Below are positions 39,545 to 50,600 of a stretch of DNA of 64,000 nt, in pieces; positions within the stretch are counted from its first letter, which is position 1; each line of letters begins with the position of its first letter. The position numbers and the translations under genes were made by a program. The notes under the pieces are model-generated. The model was not told the origin of the DNA. It saw only the letters and a list, made by a program, of their open reading frames with translations, and searched no databases. The DNA lies in assembly GCA_048882325.1 (NCBI GenBank), contig JBHLRS010000009.1, positions 1 through 64,000 of the forward strand, given 5' to 3'. This stretch comes from Candidatus Thorarchaeota archaeon (GTDB lineage: Archaea > Asgardarchaeota > Thorarchaeia > Thorarchaeales > Thorarchaeaceae).

Positions 39545-40488
39545 GGTTCTCTCCTCGTTAACATTAAGCCACCATCAGAACCTCCTGACAGCAGCAGCTC
39601 TTTCAGATCATCTGGAACTGCGGGTTTCACTGCAGAAGCGGCAGCTAAAACTCTTCGTATCTCCTCAATGTAGTGTTTCAGTAACAGTCTCATCAAACCG
39701 AGTTTCTGGCTATCTTTATCCACCCACAGGCTAAACACGCCATTTGGAACAGCATAGATGAAATGGCGAGTTTCAGCTGTTTCACAGAGAACGGTCTGTA
39801 ATGAGCTGTTCCGGAGTGTTCGTACTACTCGTTCTGACGCATCATGAAGTGCAAAAGACATTGCAGCCAATCGGTCGTTAGTAAACCCTTCTAATGAAAC
39901 TCGGACTCCACCACTTAATGAAAGAAACACGGATCCAATATTAGGAATGCAGTCATGTACTTGGCGTAAAAGAGCTCTGAGACTAAGTGCTTGTGAGCGA
40001 TCAAGGGAAATCATGGAGCGTGATACACCATAACTTGTATCACGACCCTCTGCCACAGCAAACCCTTGAAGTACTTTCTGAGTTTCGTCGATACTATAAG
40101 AACGGAGTGGAGGTAATCTTCCGTCTACATGTTCTCTCAGAAGAAAAGAAAGTCTAGATAGATTATCCTTCATCTCAATAAATAATGCAGCTAGATTAAC
40201 TCTGGGTGCTGTTGTTACTGTCAGAAAATAGTCTGGATCATTTGGCAACGAAGCAAGAAAGACCTTCGATGTATCAGACTCCATCAGTAGATAATTGAAA
40301 TCACCATGTATGAGTTTAGCCACTCCGAAGATTGCACAGGTCGATGATGCCACAGCAAAGACTTCATCCTTGCTGAACCATACTCCTGCGCTTGCAACGG
40401 GGAGTCCATCTTTTTGGATTAAAACGACATTCTCAACACCGGTGATGGCTTTTATGTTCTGGAGAGTTTCAGTCAATTCGTCGCTCAA
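39541..40488 (-). CDS. tandem roadblock/LC7 (MglB-like) domain protein
   Basis: GVENVVLIQKDGLPVAS..VNLAALF; second copy FLSLSGG..LAAMS..KLGLMRL. Confidence 0.82.
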   Translation of the reverse strand: MSDELTETLQNIKAITGVENVVLIQKDGLPVASAGVWFSKDEVFAVASSTCAIFGVAKLIHGDFNYLLMESDTSKVFLASLPNDPDYFLTVTTAPRVNLAALFIEMKDNLSRLSFLLREHVDGRLPPLRSYSIDETQKVLQGFAVAEGRDTSYGVSRSMISLDRSQALSLRALLRQVHDCIPNIGSVFLSLSGGVRVSLEGFTNDRLAAMSFALHDASERVVRTLRNSSLQTVLCETAETRHFIYAVPNGVFSLWVDKDSQKLGLMRLLLKHYIEEIRRVLAAASAVKPAVPDDLKELLLSGGSDGGLMLTRREP

Positions 40489-40623
40489 GTCCTCAGCTCC
40501 GGACGGAAAGTTGGGTTCAACTTAGAATCCTTCTCGCGACTATATAACCACCACACAGAATTGAAAATCAAACACTTTCTCTTTGCAAGTTCTTTAAGAT
40601 CGTGTATATGGACTGGAGCTTTA

Positions 40624-41919
40624 TTACATGTGTATCAAAGCTGCGTCAGGAACCTCCTGAAAGACCTCTCGTGCAGCTCGTCCCACTTTGGTTCGATTCT
40701 TTTCAATAGTGTATACACGAATGACATCAAGGTATGTCTTCATCATTTCTGCAATATTAGAGTATTCAGAGAGATTGTGAGGTACTCGTTTCCCATCAAC
40801 CATCTCAAAGATTCCTATTTCCATCGGATCAAGTTGGTGCGGATTATAAGGAACTGATGGCAGTGTTGGAACATCAACTATCACCTCTTCATGACTGACT
40901 CCAGCAAGAGCTGCAATTTCATCTTGTATACTCTCACGAACCTTGCTTTTGGTGAGGATTTTGGAAACAAATCGATCTTGTGTATGAAGGACCTTTTCAA
41001 ATACAGATTTGTAGAGAACACGTGAATCAAGAAGAGTAATCATCCGTATCGCCTCTTTAGCTTCCTCCGATTCGGTTGGATCAATGTTTCGAATTCTAGA
41101 TATGAGAAACATGTCATCCAGCTTCATGAATTCTTCAGGTGATGAGAAACTGGTAAGTTCCAGCACCTTGTCTGCTGCCTCAATCAACTTGACAAGCATC
41201 ACTTCGACACTACGTACGGTTTTATGATAATAGACATTGAGAAACATCTCGTACCGTGCAACAAGAAATGACTCTAATGCCCCTCTTGCGGCTATGTCAA
41301 ATTGCATCTCAAAGTCCTTTGATATTTCGATACTATCAATCAAGCGATGGATATCGACGAGTCCATAATTAACACCACAATAGAACGAATCCCGAATCAG
41401 ATAATCCATCTTGTCGGAATCTATCTGTCCAGCGACAATTCCAGCTATGATTTTGTCCTTCTTGGTCTTTTGTCGACCACGAACCAGGTCACCAATTCGT
41501 TTCTTTGAGATTCCATCATCTTCCAAAATATCACCTAGTTCACTCTTGAGGATTATCCACTCTGTCACATCTTCATGGTTCATTCGTCGTTTTTCAAGAA
41601 GCACTTCTTCAAAGACATGGCTGAAGGGCCCATGACCAATATCGTGAAGAAGACCAGCGATTCTTACTTCTTGCAGTTTTTTATCTCCAAGACCCATTTG
41701 ACTCAAAAGCCTTCGACCACTTAGTCCTGCTAAATACATGACCCCAACACAGTGACTAAAGCGTGTATGTTCAGCTGTAGGATAGACAAAGTGACCACCT
41801 GAAAGCTGTTTGATTCTTCGTAATCTTTGATATGGTTGTGAGTTGATGATTTTAGATTCAATTTCAGTTATACCTATGAAACCGTGAATTGGGTCATTTA
41901 TCTCTATAGCAAATTCCAT
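40624..41919 (-). CDS. HD phosphohydrolase, SAMHD1/dNTP triphosphohydrolase-like
   Basis: QRLRRIKQL, HTRFSHCVG, LLHDIGHGPFSH, DSDKMDYLIRD. Confidence 0.9.
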   Translation of the reverse strand: MEFAIEINDPIHGFIGITEIESKIINSQPYQRLRRIKQLSGGHFVYPTAEHTRFSHCVGVMYLAGLSGRRLLSQMGLGDKKLQEVRIAGLLHDIGHGPFSHVFEEVLLEKRRMNHEDVTEWIILKSELGDILEDDGISKKRIGDLVRGRQKTKKDKIIAGIVAGQIDSDKMDYLIRDSFYCGVNYGLVDIHRLIDSIEISKDFEMQFDIAARGALESFLVARYEMFLNVYYHKTVRSVEVMLVKLIEAADKVLELTSFSSPEEFMKLDDMFLISRIRNIDPTESEEAKEAIRMITLLDSRVLYKSVFEKVLHTQDRFVSKILTKSKVRESIQDEIAALAGVSHEEVIVDVPTLPSVPYNPHQLDPMEIGIFEMVDGKRVPHNLSEYSNIAEMMKTYLDVIRVYTIEKNRTKVGRAAREVFQEVPDAALIHM

Positions 41920-41945
41920 TGTTTGCTCACCATCTTGGAAGATTG

Positions 41946-42689
41946 TCACATCTGAGGGTCGAAAGATCGTATCTCTCGTACTAATTCCTCGGCAGAATCT
42001 ATTTTTGATATACATAAAGGTAGGTGTATGCTGTCAGCTATCTTTACAGCAAGTGGATCCAGCTCTTTCACACCTTGTAGAATCACCACTGCTGGTTTTA
42101 CAGCCACCGAGGTGCCAATCTGACTGGCTTTTATTGCCACCATTGGAGACCGGCCAGTGGTAACATTGGTGAGAACTGCTCCACGTTGAGTCGTTCCACC
42201 ATAAAGACGAAGTAGTTGCTGTGGAGTCAAACTGACAATAGCTTTGATACTATCAAGAACAGTATAACCATAGATGTCCCTATCGAGTAAGTTCCGGTGG
42301 GTCAAGATTTTACAGTCAAGATGATTCACAAGCAGACGTGATGGTATTGGAACCCCAAATTCACGGCTATCAAGGATTGCATCAGAAGAGATTTCGGGAG
42401 TGATAAGTTTCTCCAGGGCTATTGCTACCCTTCCACCCTCAGATGCATCCATCTCAATTAATCCTTCCACAAAACGTTTGATTGTTTCCACTCGGGGTGA
42501 TTTCCGTCTTCCACTCTCATAGTCACTAATTACTGAGGGTGAAACATTGAGATGTTTGGCGAGATTCTTCTGGGAGATGTGAAATCTTTCACGCCACCGT
42601 CGCATTACGGCGCCAGGATCGCTCTCTGCGAGGCAAATCTCACCAGCCATTGCTTCTGCAAGTCTCCGGAGCGCCTCACTATTGTCCAT
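41946..42689 (-). CDS. XRE-family HTH regulator, conserved archaeal type
   Basis: SPSVISDYESGRRKSP, TGRSPMVAI. Confidence 0.85.
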   Translation of the reverse strand: MDNSEALRRLAEAMAGEICLAESDPGAVMRRWRERFHISQKNLAKHLNVSPSVISDYESGRRKSPRVETIKRFVEGLIEMDASEGGRVAIALEKLITPEISSDAILDSREFGVPIPSRLLVNHLDCKILTHRNLLDRDIYGYTVLDSIKAIVSLTPQQLLRLYGGTTQRGAVLTNVTTGRSPMVAIKASQIGTSVAVKPAVVILQGVKELDPLAVKIADSIHLPLCISKIDSAEELVREIRSFDPQM

Positions 42690-42804
42690 AACCTGTTTGC
42701 TCTTGAGAATCGCTATAAGAGTTGTGCACTACTGGTTAGTGACTGGCGGGATTGTACCGAAGGACTCAAAGCAGTTGCTTGAGCTGTTCGGATTGGTTCT
42801 GCAT

Positions 42805-43569
42805 ATGTTTTTCACGTTCATTGTTGGTACTGCTGGGTCAGGAAAATCTCTACTCACTGCATCACTGGAGAAGTGGCTTGTTGGGTCGGATTTGAGTGTG
42901 GCTGTTGTCAATTTGGACCCTGGTGTTGACTCTCCACCGTATACAAGTAATGTCGATATCAGGGAATACGTAGACTACGGGGAAGTAATGAGTTCATTTG
43001 GCTTGGGTCCAAATGGGGCTCTTGTAGCTTCACTGGACATGGCAGTTAGTAGTGTAAACGATATGAGAGATGAGATTATTGATACCGATCGAGACTATGT
43101 TTTAGTAGACTGTCCTGGACAGATGGAGCTTTTTGCATATCGAAATTCCGGACCTTTGATGGTTTCTAGTCTCAGTGGTGATGATCCTTCACTCTCTCTA
43201 TATTTGCTTGATTCCAATATTGCTAGAACTCCTACTGGCTATCTCTCTTCAACTCTATTGGGAATCTCGATTAGTATACGATTCAGCTTGCCACAACTGA
43301 ATATCTTGAGTAAGCCAGATATCTTGACTGAGGAAGAGGTGGAAGAGATTGTAGGGTGGGGTTCAGAACCATATTTGCTTGAGGAGGCACTAGAATCATC
43401 TTCAGAAGGACTGCGAAGAGAGTACTCGAGGTCGATTATGGAGATGCTCGAATCTCTAGACACTGCAATTGGTAGTGTACCGGTTTCAGCTAAAGAAATG
43501 ACTGGGATTGATTTGTTGTACGGGGAAATGCAACGTATTTTTGCAGGTGGAGACAATCTATACGAGTGA
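42805..43569 (+). CDS. GPN-loop GTPase
   Basis: GTAGSGKS, NLDPG, GLGPNGAL, DCPGQMELF; ATG at 42805. Confidence 0.93.
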   Translation: MFFTFIVGTAGSGKSLLTASLEKWLVGSDLSVAVVNLDPGVDSPPYTSNVDIREYVDYGEVMSSFGLGPNGALVASLDMAVSSVNDMRDEIIDTDRDYVLVDCPGQMELFAYRNSGPLMVSSLSGDDPSLSLYLLDSNIARTPTGYLSSTLLGISISIRFSLPQLNILSKPDILTEEEVEEIVGWGSEPYLLEEALESSSEGLRREYSRSIMEMLESLDTAIGSVPVSAKEMTGIDLLYGEMQRIFAGGDNLYE

Positions 43570-43576
43570 TGGGTAT

Positions 43577-44602
43577 TTGACCAAATATTTCGTCTATATC
43601 TCTGGTGAAGCTGTTGAGGTGGCAAAAGCAGAGGTAGATGTATTGATTCGTCTATCGGAGATTGATAAACATGTCAATTGGGATGGACGTATAGGTCTAG
43701 TGGACTCGCATGATGATCCAACCCCTTTCTTTCTTGAACGAGCTGCTCTGATCAAAGAGGCGGGAATAGTCTTGGCTGAAGCAGACTCACAGGATGAATT
43801 GCTCAGTGACCTATCAGATGATGTGTTAATGGATGCTATTGGAATTGAACACACCTTTTCTGTAAGAACAGTATCTGAGAATGGAAGTGTTTCTATCCGT
43901 GATAAGCGTGATTTTGAAACCAAGCTTGGTGCATACATCAAACATGCTGTTAGTGCGAAAGTGGACTTAGATTATCCTCAAGCACGTATTCTTGCTATTT
44001 TCACAGCGGGACAAATTCGAGTATGCAAATCTATAGCTTCAAAACTAAGACCAATGTTGAGAGAGAGAGAACCCGGTCGAAAACCATTCTTTCATCCTAG
44101 TATGATGAATGCCTTTCTAGCAAGAGTAATGTGTAATCTTGCAGGAGTTATGCCAAATGAAACAGTACTCGACCCATTTTGTGGAGGTGGAGGAATTCTT
44201 TGCGAGGTTTCACACATTGGCGCAAGATCAATTGGAGTTGATTTGAACTGGCGACTCCTATCGGGAAGTGTGGAAAATCTCTCTTCAGTTGGCCAAAATT
44301 ATAGCGTCATTCAGGGCGATGCTCGGTATATGCCAATTCTAGAATGTGACTGTATTGTGACAGATCCACCCTATGGGAGAGCAAGTTCGACTAGGGGAGC
44401 TCAGGCTATAGGACTCGTGGAGTCACTCTTTGGTAGAGTTGACATGATTCTTCGTCGTCGATATGACAGTGTTTGTATATGTGGGAGCGACAAAATGAAC
44501 CTAAAGGACTTGGCTGAGAGAATGGGTCTTACGGTGAGTCGAATCCTACAAATCAGAGTTCATAGTGGATTGGTTAGAGAGTTACTGGTGCTTGGGGTTT
44601 AG
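43577..44602 (+). CDS. tRNA m2G10 methyltransferase (Trm11/TrmG10-like)
   Basis: KPFFHPSMM, LDPFCGGG, TDPPYGR; start uncertain. Confidence 0.82.
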   Translation: MTKYFVYISGEAVEVAKAEVDVLIRLSEIDKHVNWDGRIGLVDSHDDPTPFFLERAALIKEAGIVLAEADSQDELLSDLSDDVLMDAIGIEHTFSVRTVSENGSVSIRDKRDFETKLGAYIKHAVSAKVDLDYPQARILAIFTAGQIRVCKSIASKLRPMLREREPGRKPFFHPSMMNAFLARVMCNLAGVMPNETVLDPFCGGGGILCEVSHIGARSIGVDLNWRLLSGSVENLSSVGQNYSVIQGDARYMPILECDCIVTDPPYGRASSTRGAQAIGLVESLFGRVDMILRRRYDSVCICGSDKMNLKDLAERMGLTVSRILQIRVHSGLVRELLVLGV

Positions 44603-45024
44603 TTGTGAACAATCCTGCCGTCTTTGGTCGGAGGAGTGAACCACTTCACAAATTGATCATATTCTTGTTCTGAAGAAAAGACAAGGACAATTTCTATACA
44701 GCCTAGAGGAGGCAATTCTTGGTTGTCATCAATTATTCGGGTTTTCTTAGCTAGTGCAGCTTGCTTGTCAAAGTAAATCTTGGTCGATGTTCCATTCCAG
44801 TTCGATTCTAATCGTTTCCGAGCTGCATCGATGATTCTTGTTTCATGAATTGCTTGCCGCACGTGATTCATGACATCGCGGTTCTTGAAGGTTCCAGAGA
44901 TATCTGATACTTCACTGCCCTTCGTGATTACAAACTCAAGTCCACCCAGAAGATTATCAAGTGCCTTTCCAACTTTCGTGGTGTCTTCGGTGGGGTTTAC
45001 TGGACATGAAACGAGAACTTCCAT
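44599..45024 (-). CDS. UPF0201/DUF54 RNA-binding protein
   Basis: VNPTEDTTKV, DKQAA, PLGCI, PTKDG. Confidence 0.85.
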   Translation of the reverse strand: MEVLVSCPVNPTEDTTKVGKALDNLLGGLEFVITKGSEVSDISGTFKNRDVMNHVRQAIHETRIIDAARKRLESNWNGTSTKIYFDKQAALAKKTRIIDDNQELPPLGCIEIVLVFSSEQEYDQFVKWFTPPTKDGRIVHN

Positions 45025-45025
45025 C

Positions 45026-45565
45026 TCAGACCAGCCTCTTTACCAATTTCTTGGACTGATCTTGAAATTCATCGAGTGAGCCTTCATTTACAATCATAAT
45101 GTCACTTAGGGCTATTACTCCTCCTAGACCCACCGAAATTTCTCTGATGTCACGTTCTCTGAAAACTTCCCAACTAGAAGGTGCATCCTCACGGTTTCGT
45201 TCACAAAGTCGTCTGTAGCGTTCCTTTGGGGAAGTATGGACACAGATGATGACAACAGAATCAGCGCAATCATCAAAGACATCGATCTCAGCAATGCTTC
45301 TACAACCCTCGATGACGACGATGTCTGAATTAAGTTCTTTCAGTTCATCTACACAGAAACTTGCGACTGCTCCAGGACCGTTCTTTTCTCGAAGTTCTAG
45401 CATGACTTTCTTGGTATTTTCTAGGTTTGGCTCAAGTCCGCGCCTTCGAGTTTCATTGCGTATCACATCGCCCATCACAATCACTGGAATACCAGCATCA
45501 TGAAATGCTTGAGCGACACCACTCTTTCCCGCACCTGGCATACCAGTCACTATTATCAGTTTCAT
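45026..45565 (-). CDS. UPF0200 P-loop nucleotide kinase (dephospho-CoA kinase-like)
   Basis: TGMPGAGKS, MGDVIR, RDIREISVGLG. Confidence 0.85.
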   Translation of the reverse strand: MKLIIVTGMPGAGKSGVAQAFHDAGIPVIVMGDVIRNETRRRGLEPNLENTKKVMLELREKNGPGAVASFCVDELKELNSDIVVIEGCRSIAEIDVFDDCADSVVIICVHTSPKERYRRLCERNREDAPSSWEVFRERDIREISVGLGGVIALSDIMIVNEGSLDEFQDQSKKLVKRLV

Positions 45566-45688
45566 TGTTCCCACCTGAAACCTCTCGCCTTCGTCTTGTG
45601 ATTGTCCTTTAAGAATTCCCTTAGAGCCAACTAGCGTCACTGTAATATCGTGGATGTGCATTATTTAATCGTCAATAGAGGTGTTTGT

Positions 45689-46258
45689 GTGACTGATGAA
45701 GTCAGATCTTTTCTTAGTATAGATATCGAAGACCAATCATTGTTGTCACAGATTCTGAATATTCAGGGAAGGTTAGACCAGAGTGCAGCAAAGATGAAGA
45801 TTGTCAAGAGTGAGAACATTCACTTCACACTGCGGTTCTTCGGTGATACGCCTTTGACAAAGTTGGACCAAATCAAGACGCGTCTTGATGAATTAGACTT
45901 CGACCCATTTGAGATTGAAATCGCAGGTGTTGGTGCGTTCCCAAACAAGAAACGACCCAGAGTAATTTGGATTGGAGTTACACAAAATGCATCTGAAGTT
46001 GTGAAACTCAAGGCCAAGATCGATTCTTCATTAATCGATATTGGTTATCAACCTGAGCAAAGAAAGTATACACCTCATGCAACAATTGCCAGGGTTCGTC
46101 ATGTTAAGAATGCGAAAAGAATTGCTGACAATCTGGAATATCTGTCTGGTGAAATTATTGGTAGAATGAGAGTCGTGCGACTAACTATGATGAAGAGTAC
46201 CCTCACTCCCTCAGGACCAATTTATGAACCCCTATGGGAGGTCGGTAATGAATCCTGA
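45689..46258 (+). CDS. thpR: RNA 2',3'-cyclic phosphodiesterase (2H family)
   Basis: HFTL and PHAT motifs, STLTPSGPIY. Confidence 0.92.
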   Translation: MTDEVRSFLSIDIEDQSLLSQILNIQGRLDQSAAKMKIVKSENIHFTLRFFGDTPLTKLDQIKTRLDELDFDPFEIEIAGVGAFPNKKRPRVIWIGVTQNASEVVKLKAKIDSSLIDIGYQPEQRKYTPHATIARVRHVKNAKRIADNLEYLSGEIIGRMRVVRLTMMKSTLTPSGPIYEPLWEVGNES

Positions 46259-46264
46259 AAGAAG

Positions 46265-46401
46265 TGGTGGGCCGGGGGAGACTTGTTCCGATGGGGGAAG
46301 TCCCGAATCGTTTGAACTCCCGATCTCTTGCATTCTGTGACTTGAGGCGTAAATCCTCAGCCGCCCCAAGCAAGAATCATACCAAGCTAGACTACCGACC
46401 C
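46265..46401 (-). tRNA. tRNA-Pro(GGG) with two introns: 37/38 (46333-46363) and 58/59 (46283-46311)
   Basis: GGGTCGG/CCGGCCC, CTTGC/GCAAG stem, GGGAG/CTCCC T-stem, CCA; 77 nt after splicing. Confidence 0.88.
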
Positions 46402-46601
46402 GTGCTGCATGAGTCTTTTGAGATACTCATGACTGAATTGCCGTGTCTCGAACTTAAGATAAACATTACCACTCTTTCGAGTGTTCAAAGAAGTTTGGAA
46501 CACATGTTCTAATAGCTCTCGTAATTGCATGAAAAGATTCAGACTTATCAGTATCTTCACTATCCACCATAGATTGTAGCTCAAACAAGAGATGGCTTAG
46601 G

Positions 46602-47651
46602 ATGGTTACAGATCTAGTATACCACGATATCTTCGTTGAACACGTGATGTCTAGAGGACATCCTGAAGGTCCTGAAAGACTGAGAAGTGCGATGAGTTCT
46701 ATCGGTGGTGCAGGTCTACTGAATGATCAGAAAGTGAATCTATTAACTCCAGAGAAAGCCATTTTGGATGAGGTGTACCAAATTCATGGGAAAGCGTATC
46801 TTGAAGGTATAAGAGCAAAATCGGAGAAAGGAGGTGGTATATACACAATGGACACCTCTGTCAACTCATTCACATATGATGCTGCATTGTTTGCAGCTGG
46901 CGGAGGGATAAAGGCAGTTGATCGGGTCATGTCGGAAGATTCAGAGAATGGCTTTCTGCTGTGCAGACCCCCAGGTCATCATGCGGAGTTTGAACGTGCT
47001 TTTGGTTTCTGTTTTATCAACAACATTGCAGTTGCTGCTAAACATCTCTTGGAAAAACATGATGTTGAACGCGTAATGATAGTTGATTATGACGCGCATC
47101 ATGGAAATGGAACGCAGCGAAGTTTCTATTCCTCGAAGGATGTACTTTATGTTGGACTACATCAGGATGGAAGAACTCTATTCCCAGGATCTGGATTTGC
47201 TAGTGAAATTGGAGTTGGAGAAGGTGAAGGTTACACAGTAAATCTGGCAATGTACCCAGGAGCTGGAGATAGGTCGTATGACTTGGCTTTTACCAAAGTT
47301 CTCGATCCCATTGCTAAATCGTTCAACCCTGACTTCATACTTGTTTCTGTTGGCTACGACGGACATTTCATGGATCCGTTGACAAACCTCGGACTGACTA
47401 CTGCAGGCTTTGCAATGATGAATTCCCGTCTAAAACGGATGGCTGAGAGTCATGCTGATGGGAAGATAGTAGCCTTTCTAGAAGGTGGGTATAATCTTGA
47501 TGTGATGGGTATGTGTGCCTTGAACCTTGTTCAAGAATTTGCTGGTTTGAAAGTTACAAGGTTTGATGATGAGAACACAGAGAGCACAATTGCAACCGAG
47601 TATACCGAGAAACTGATTGAGAAGATCGTAACAGATTCACCCCTGGTTTAG
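46602..47651 (+). CDS. histone deacetylase-family (Zn-dependent) deacylase
   Basis: HPEGPER, RPPGHH, GFCFINN, DAHHGNGTQ, LEGGY. Confidence 0.93.
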   Translation: MVTDLVYHDIFVEHVMSRGHPEGPERLRSAMSSIGGAGLLNDQKVNLLTPEKAILDEVYQIHGKAYLEGIRAKSEKGGGIYTMDTSVNSFTYDAALFAAGGGIKAVDRVMSEDSENGFLLCRPPGHHAEFERAFGFCFINNIAVAAKHLLEKHDVERVMIVDYDAHHGNGTQRSFYSSKDVLYVGLHQDGRTLFPGSGFASEIGVGEGEGYTVNLAMYPGAGDRSYDLAFTKVLDPIAKSFNPDFILVSVGYDGHFMDPLTNLGLTTAGFAMMNSRLKRMAESHADGKIVAFLEGGYNLDVMGMCALNLVQEFAGLKVTRFDDENTESTIATEYTEKLIEKIVTDSPLV

Positions 47652-47672
47652 ATTGAGATTCGATGACTAGAT

Positions 47673-50600
47673 TCACATCACAAAAGCGGAAACATTGTCA
47701 TCCATTGTTTTTACTATTAGATTTCTTGGAGTGGTTTCACTTTCTTCAAGGTACTCAGACGCAGTGAGAACGCATACCACTTTGCTAGATTTGCATGTTC
47801 TACAGGCTATTTCACTATGTAAATTGAGAAGTGTATTCAGTTGCTGCTGATTTGGAAATATAACATAAGAAGTATCACCAACACAAAGGTCATAGTATCC
47901 ATGATTTTTGGACACTTTGGAATGATGTTTCTTCAGCTCTTCCTCAATGGAGGTGATTGCCTTTTCCTTTAGATGCTTCAAGACTGATGAATTAACTAGC
48001 CAGAGTCCTTCTGTGAGCTCCATGAATTGTGATTCGCCGTTGACACGGAGGGCAATTAAGACCTCATCAGCTAACAGTTCTGTCAGAGCACGCTTCCCTT
48101 CCTCTATGTTTAGTGGAGCGGACCTGCCCTTCAATGACTGAAGAGCTGTAGTTTCTATGAACTCAAGTAGCTCTTCCCATTTGACTTGTCCATTTGATAT
48201 GTCAACTAGGTCTTGAATCAGACCAAACCATAGCCGAATCTGAATCGCTCTATTGGTTGCGGATCCTACACCATGCATAGCTCCAATCAAATCTACTTTT
48301 TCATGTGATTCCTCCTCCACATCCTCTGCTAGCTGAGTCTGGACAATGGAAGCCTCTGACTGACCTGATTTACTCGCTAGTCCATCAATAATTGAATCTA
48401 AGGATCGTGGAAATGCAGAAACGACACTGACCTCATTGAATTCCTCAGATGAGTCCATCAGTTCCCTTAGTTTTGCAGCTGCAACGCTACCTCGTACAAC
48501 CACAATTAGCTCACTTACCCCATTCTGTAGTTTACTCATCTGTCCTCGAATTCTGTCTAGTGTTGAACCGATTGATGATGCTCGTAAGTGTTCAGGAATA
48601 ACTATCACTGCTCTGTCTTCAAGGACTATGTCCGGCCAATCCAGATTGGCTGACATTGAGGAGGTATTGTATTCTATCCCGAGTTTCTCATAGATATATT
48701 CAACAATCACCCGTCTTACAGCACCTAGGGCTTTTCCTGGTAGAGCAAAAACAAATCCTCCATCTACAAGTGCTAATGCTTCTCTTTCAACACTACCCAA
48801 TGATACTAGATTTCGAATCGCTTCTGAAATGTCATCATCCACAACATTAGAGTCAAGTACAGAGAGAAGATTTCGGATTTCACTCTCTGTCGCCCAGCCC
48901 TCTGATGCAAGGAATGCAACAACGTGATTTCCAAGTCTATCTATTCTGTTAAAGACAAGCGTCTGTGCTTTGATATCTTCAACCGCTTCAGTATTATCCA
49001 AGTCACTAGTAATTGCCCCCTCATCCGATACAGTGGATTCGATAACAGAATCGATTTCACTTTCAGTAATGTCATTAGACGGTTGTTCGCTTTGACCCAA
49101 TGTGTCTGGAAATCGTTGAGTGACAATTTCAAAAGTTTCAGTGTCAGGTATACTCATCAAGGCTCTCCCACGTTGTAGACTTCGGAGATACTGTTCTTGA
49201 TCGCTACTCAATGAAAGAAATCTTCCTCCAACATGACTGTCATAGGGTAAGCGAAACACTACCTTGGTAGATGTGTTTGCTAGGATGTTTGTAGAGATGT
49301 TGGGTCTAGTTGAAACTACAATAACACCTTGTCCTGTAGCCCGTTGTAGCATCACCATAGATTCACCAGTAGTTACATCAGCTGCAGAGTGTCTTGTATA
49401 ACTCTCAGGAACAAGATTGCTTGCTTCTTCTAATACAACAACATGATGTAGACCTTCTGTGATACCTCGCTTCATGGCACTGTCGAAGATACGCTTCGCA
49501 ACAAGATTGTAAAGCAATCGAGCAGAATCCATTCCACCAACACGTGCAACATGAGAAAGATCAAGAATTACGCGTTTAGCAAGTAATTCTGAGAACTGAA
49601 CTGATTCACCCTCTTTACCAAGGATTGATCCTAATGGTTCTCTGGTCAAAATCTCCAGACGGTTGATTAAAGCGTCTCTTGTCATATTCCCAGTCCGATC
49701 GTTACCTGATAATTCGTTAATTGCTGATATTAATGATTGAACCGAGTTTCCATGATTTAACGTTTCTGCGACTCGCATCACAGAGTCTCTGAGTAGTTTT
49801 TCCATTGCTGGAGAGAGTTCAGATGAATCACCTCTTTCATTCAATAACTCCTTCAAAATAACAAATGTTGAATGAGCGTGATTCTCATCATCAGCCATCT
49901 CAGGGTCAATAAGGTTAATGGAGAATGAAGTGTCAAGACCAGGTTTCAATACAAGAACTTCTGTTTCACTATGATTGACCAGACCATGATATTCAGACCC
50001 CTTTACGTCAAATATCCACCAAGGTATAGAAGTCTTCATGCTCAGCTGAGCCATAAGATGCTTGACAAGTGTAGTCTTTCCACTGCCAGTTGCTCCTAAG
50101 ATTGCAATATGTTCTCTTAACCAATTCACCTTCAAGCCAACATCAGATAATCGTCGACCTCCGAACACAGTTTTACCAATAACTAGTTCATTGTCCACTA
50201 ACTCTTTTGTGGGGACTGGAAAAACGGGAGCATGTTTCGGAGTGATTACAGGTAGCTGTTGAATTGGTGTATTCACAAGGGACGACAATTTTGCAATGTG
50301 AATTCGCTGACGTTTCAAATGGCGGCGAGTCAGTATTTTGAAGACATTCCGTTTTGAGTACTTATGATATTTCAGCTTGATGGAGTTTCCACCACCCCAT
50401 ATCGAGTGGATCAACCCTATTACTCCATCCATATCCACATCCATGCGGCTGTTTTTGGTCGGGCTTACTTTGAAATATACTGTAGAGTCAAACCATCCAG
50501 CTCCATCCTGAATTTCTTCATAACGGGTCACCAATCTTTTCTTTGCTGCATGGTCTTGTAATGACTCCTCTTTTCGCTTCTCTTTTGATTGAATGCTCCT

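Noticed and set aside
42682-42804. N-terminal extensions given by the ORF track (also 41920-42015, 45566-45661, 10957-11067, 54080-54190)
   Set aside because: They overlap neighbouring genes or promoters; family homology and SD sites favour downstream starts
46264-46512. 82-aa ORF
   Set aside because: Antisense to tRNA-Pro
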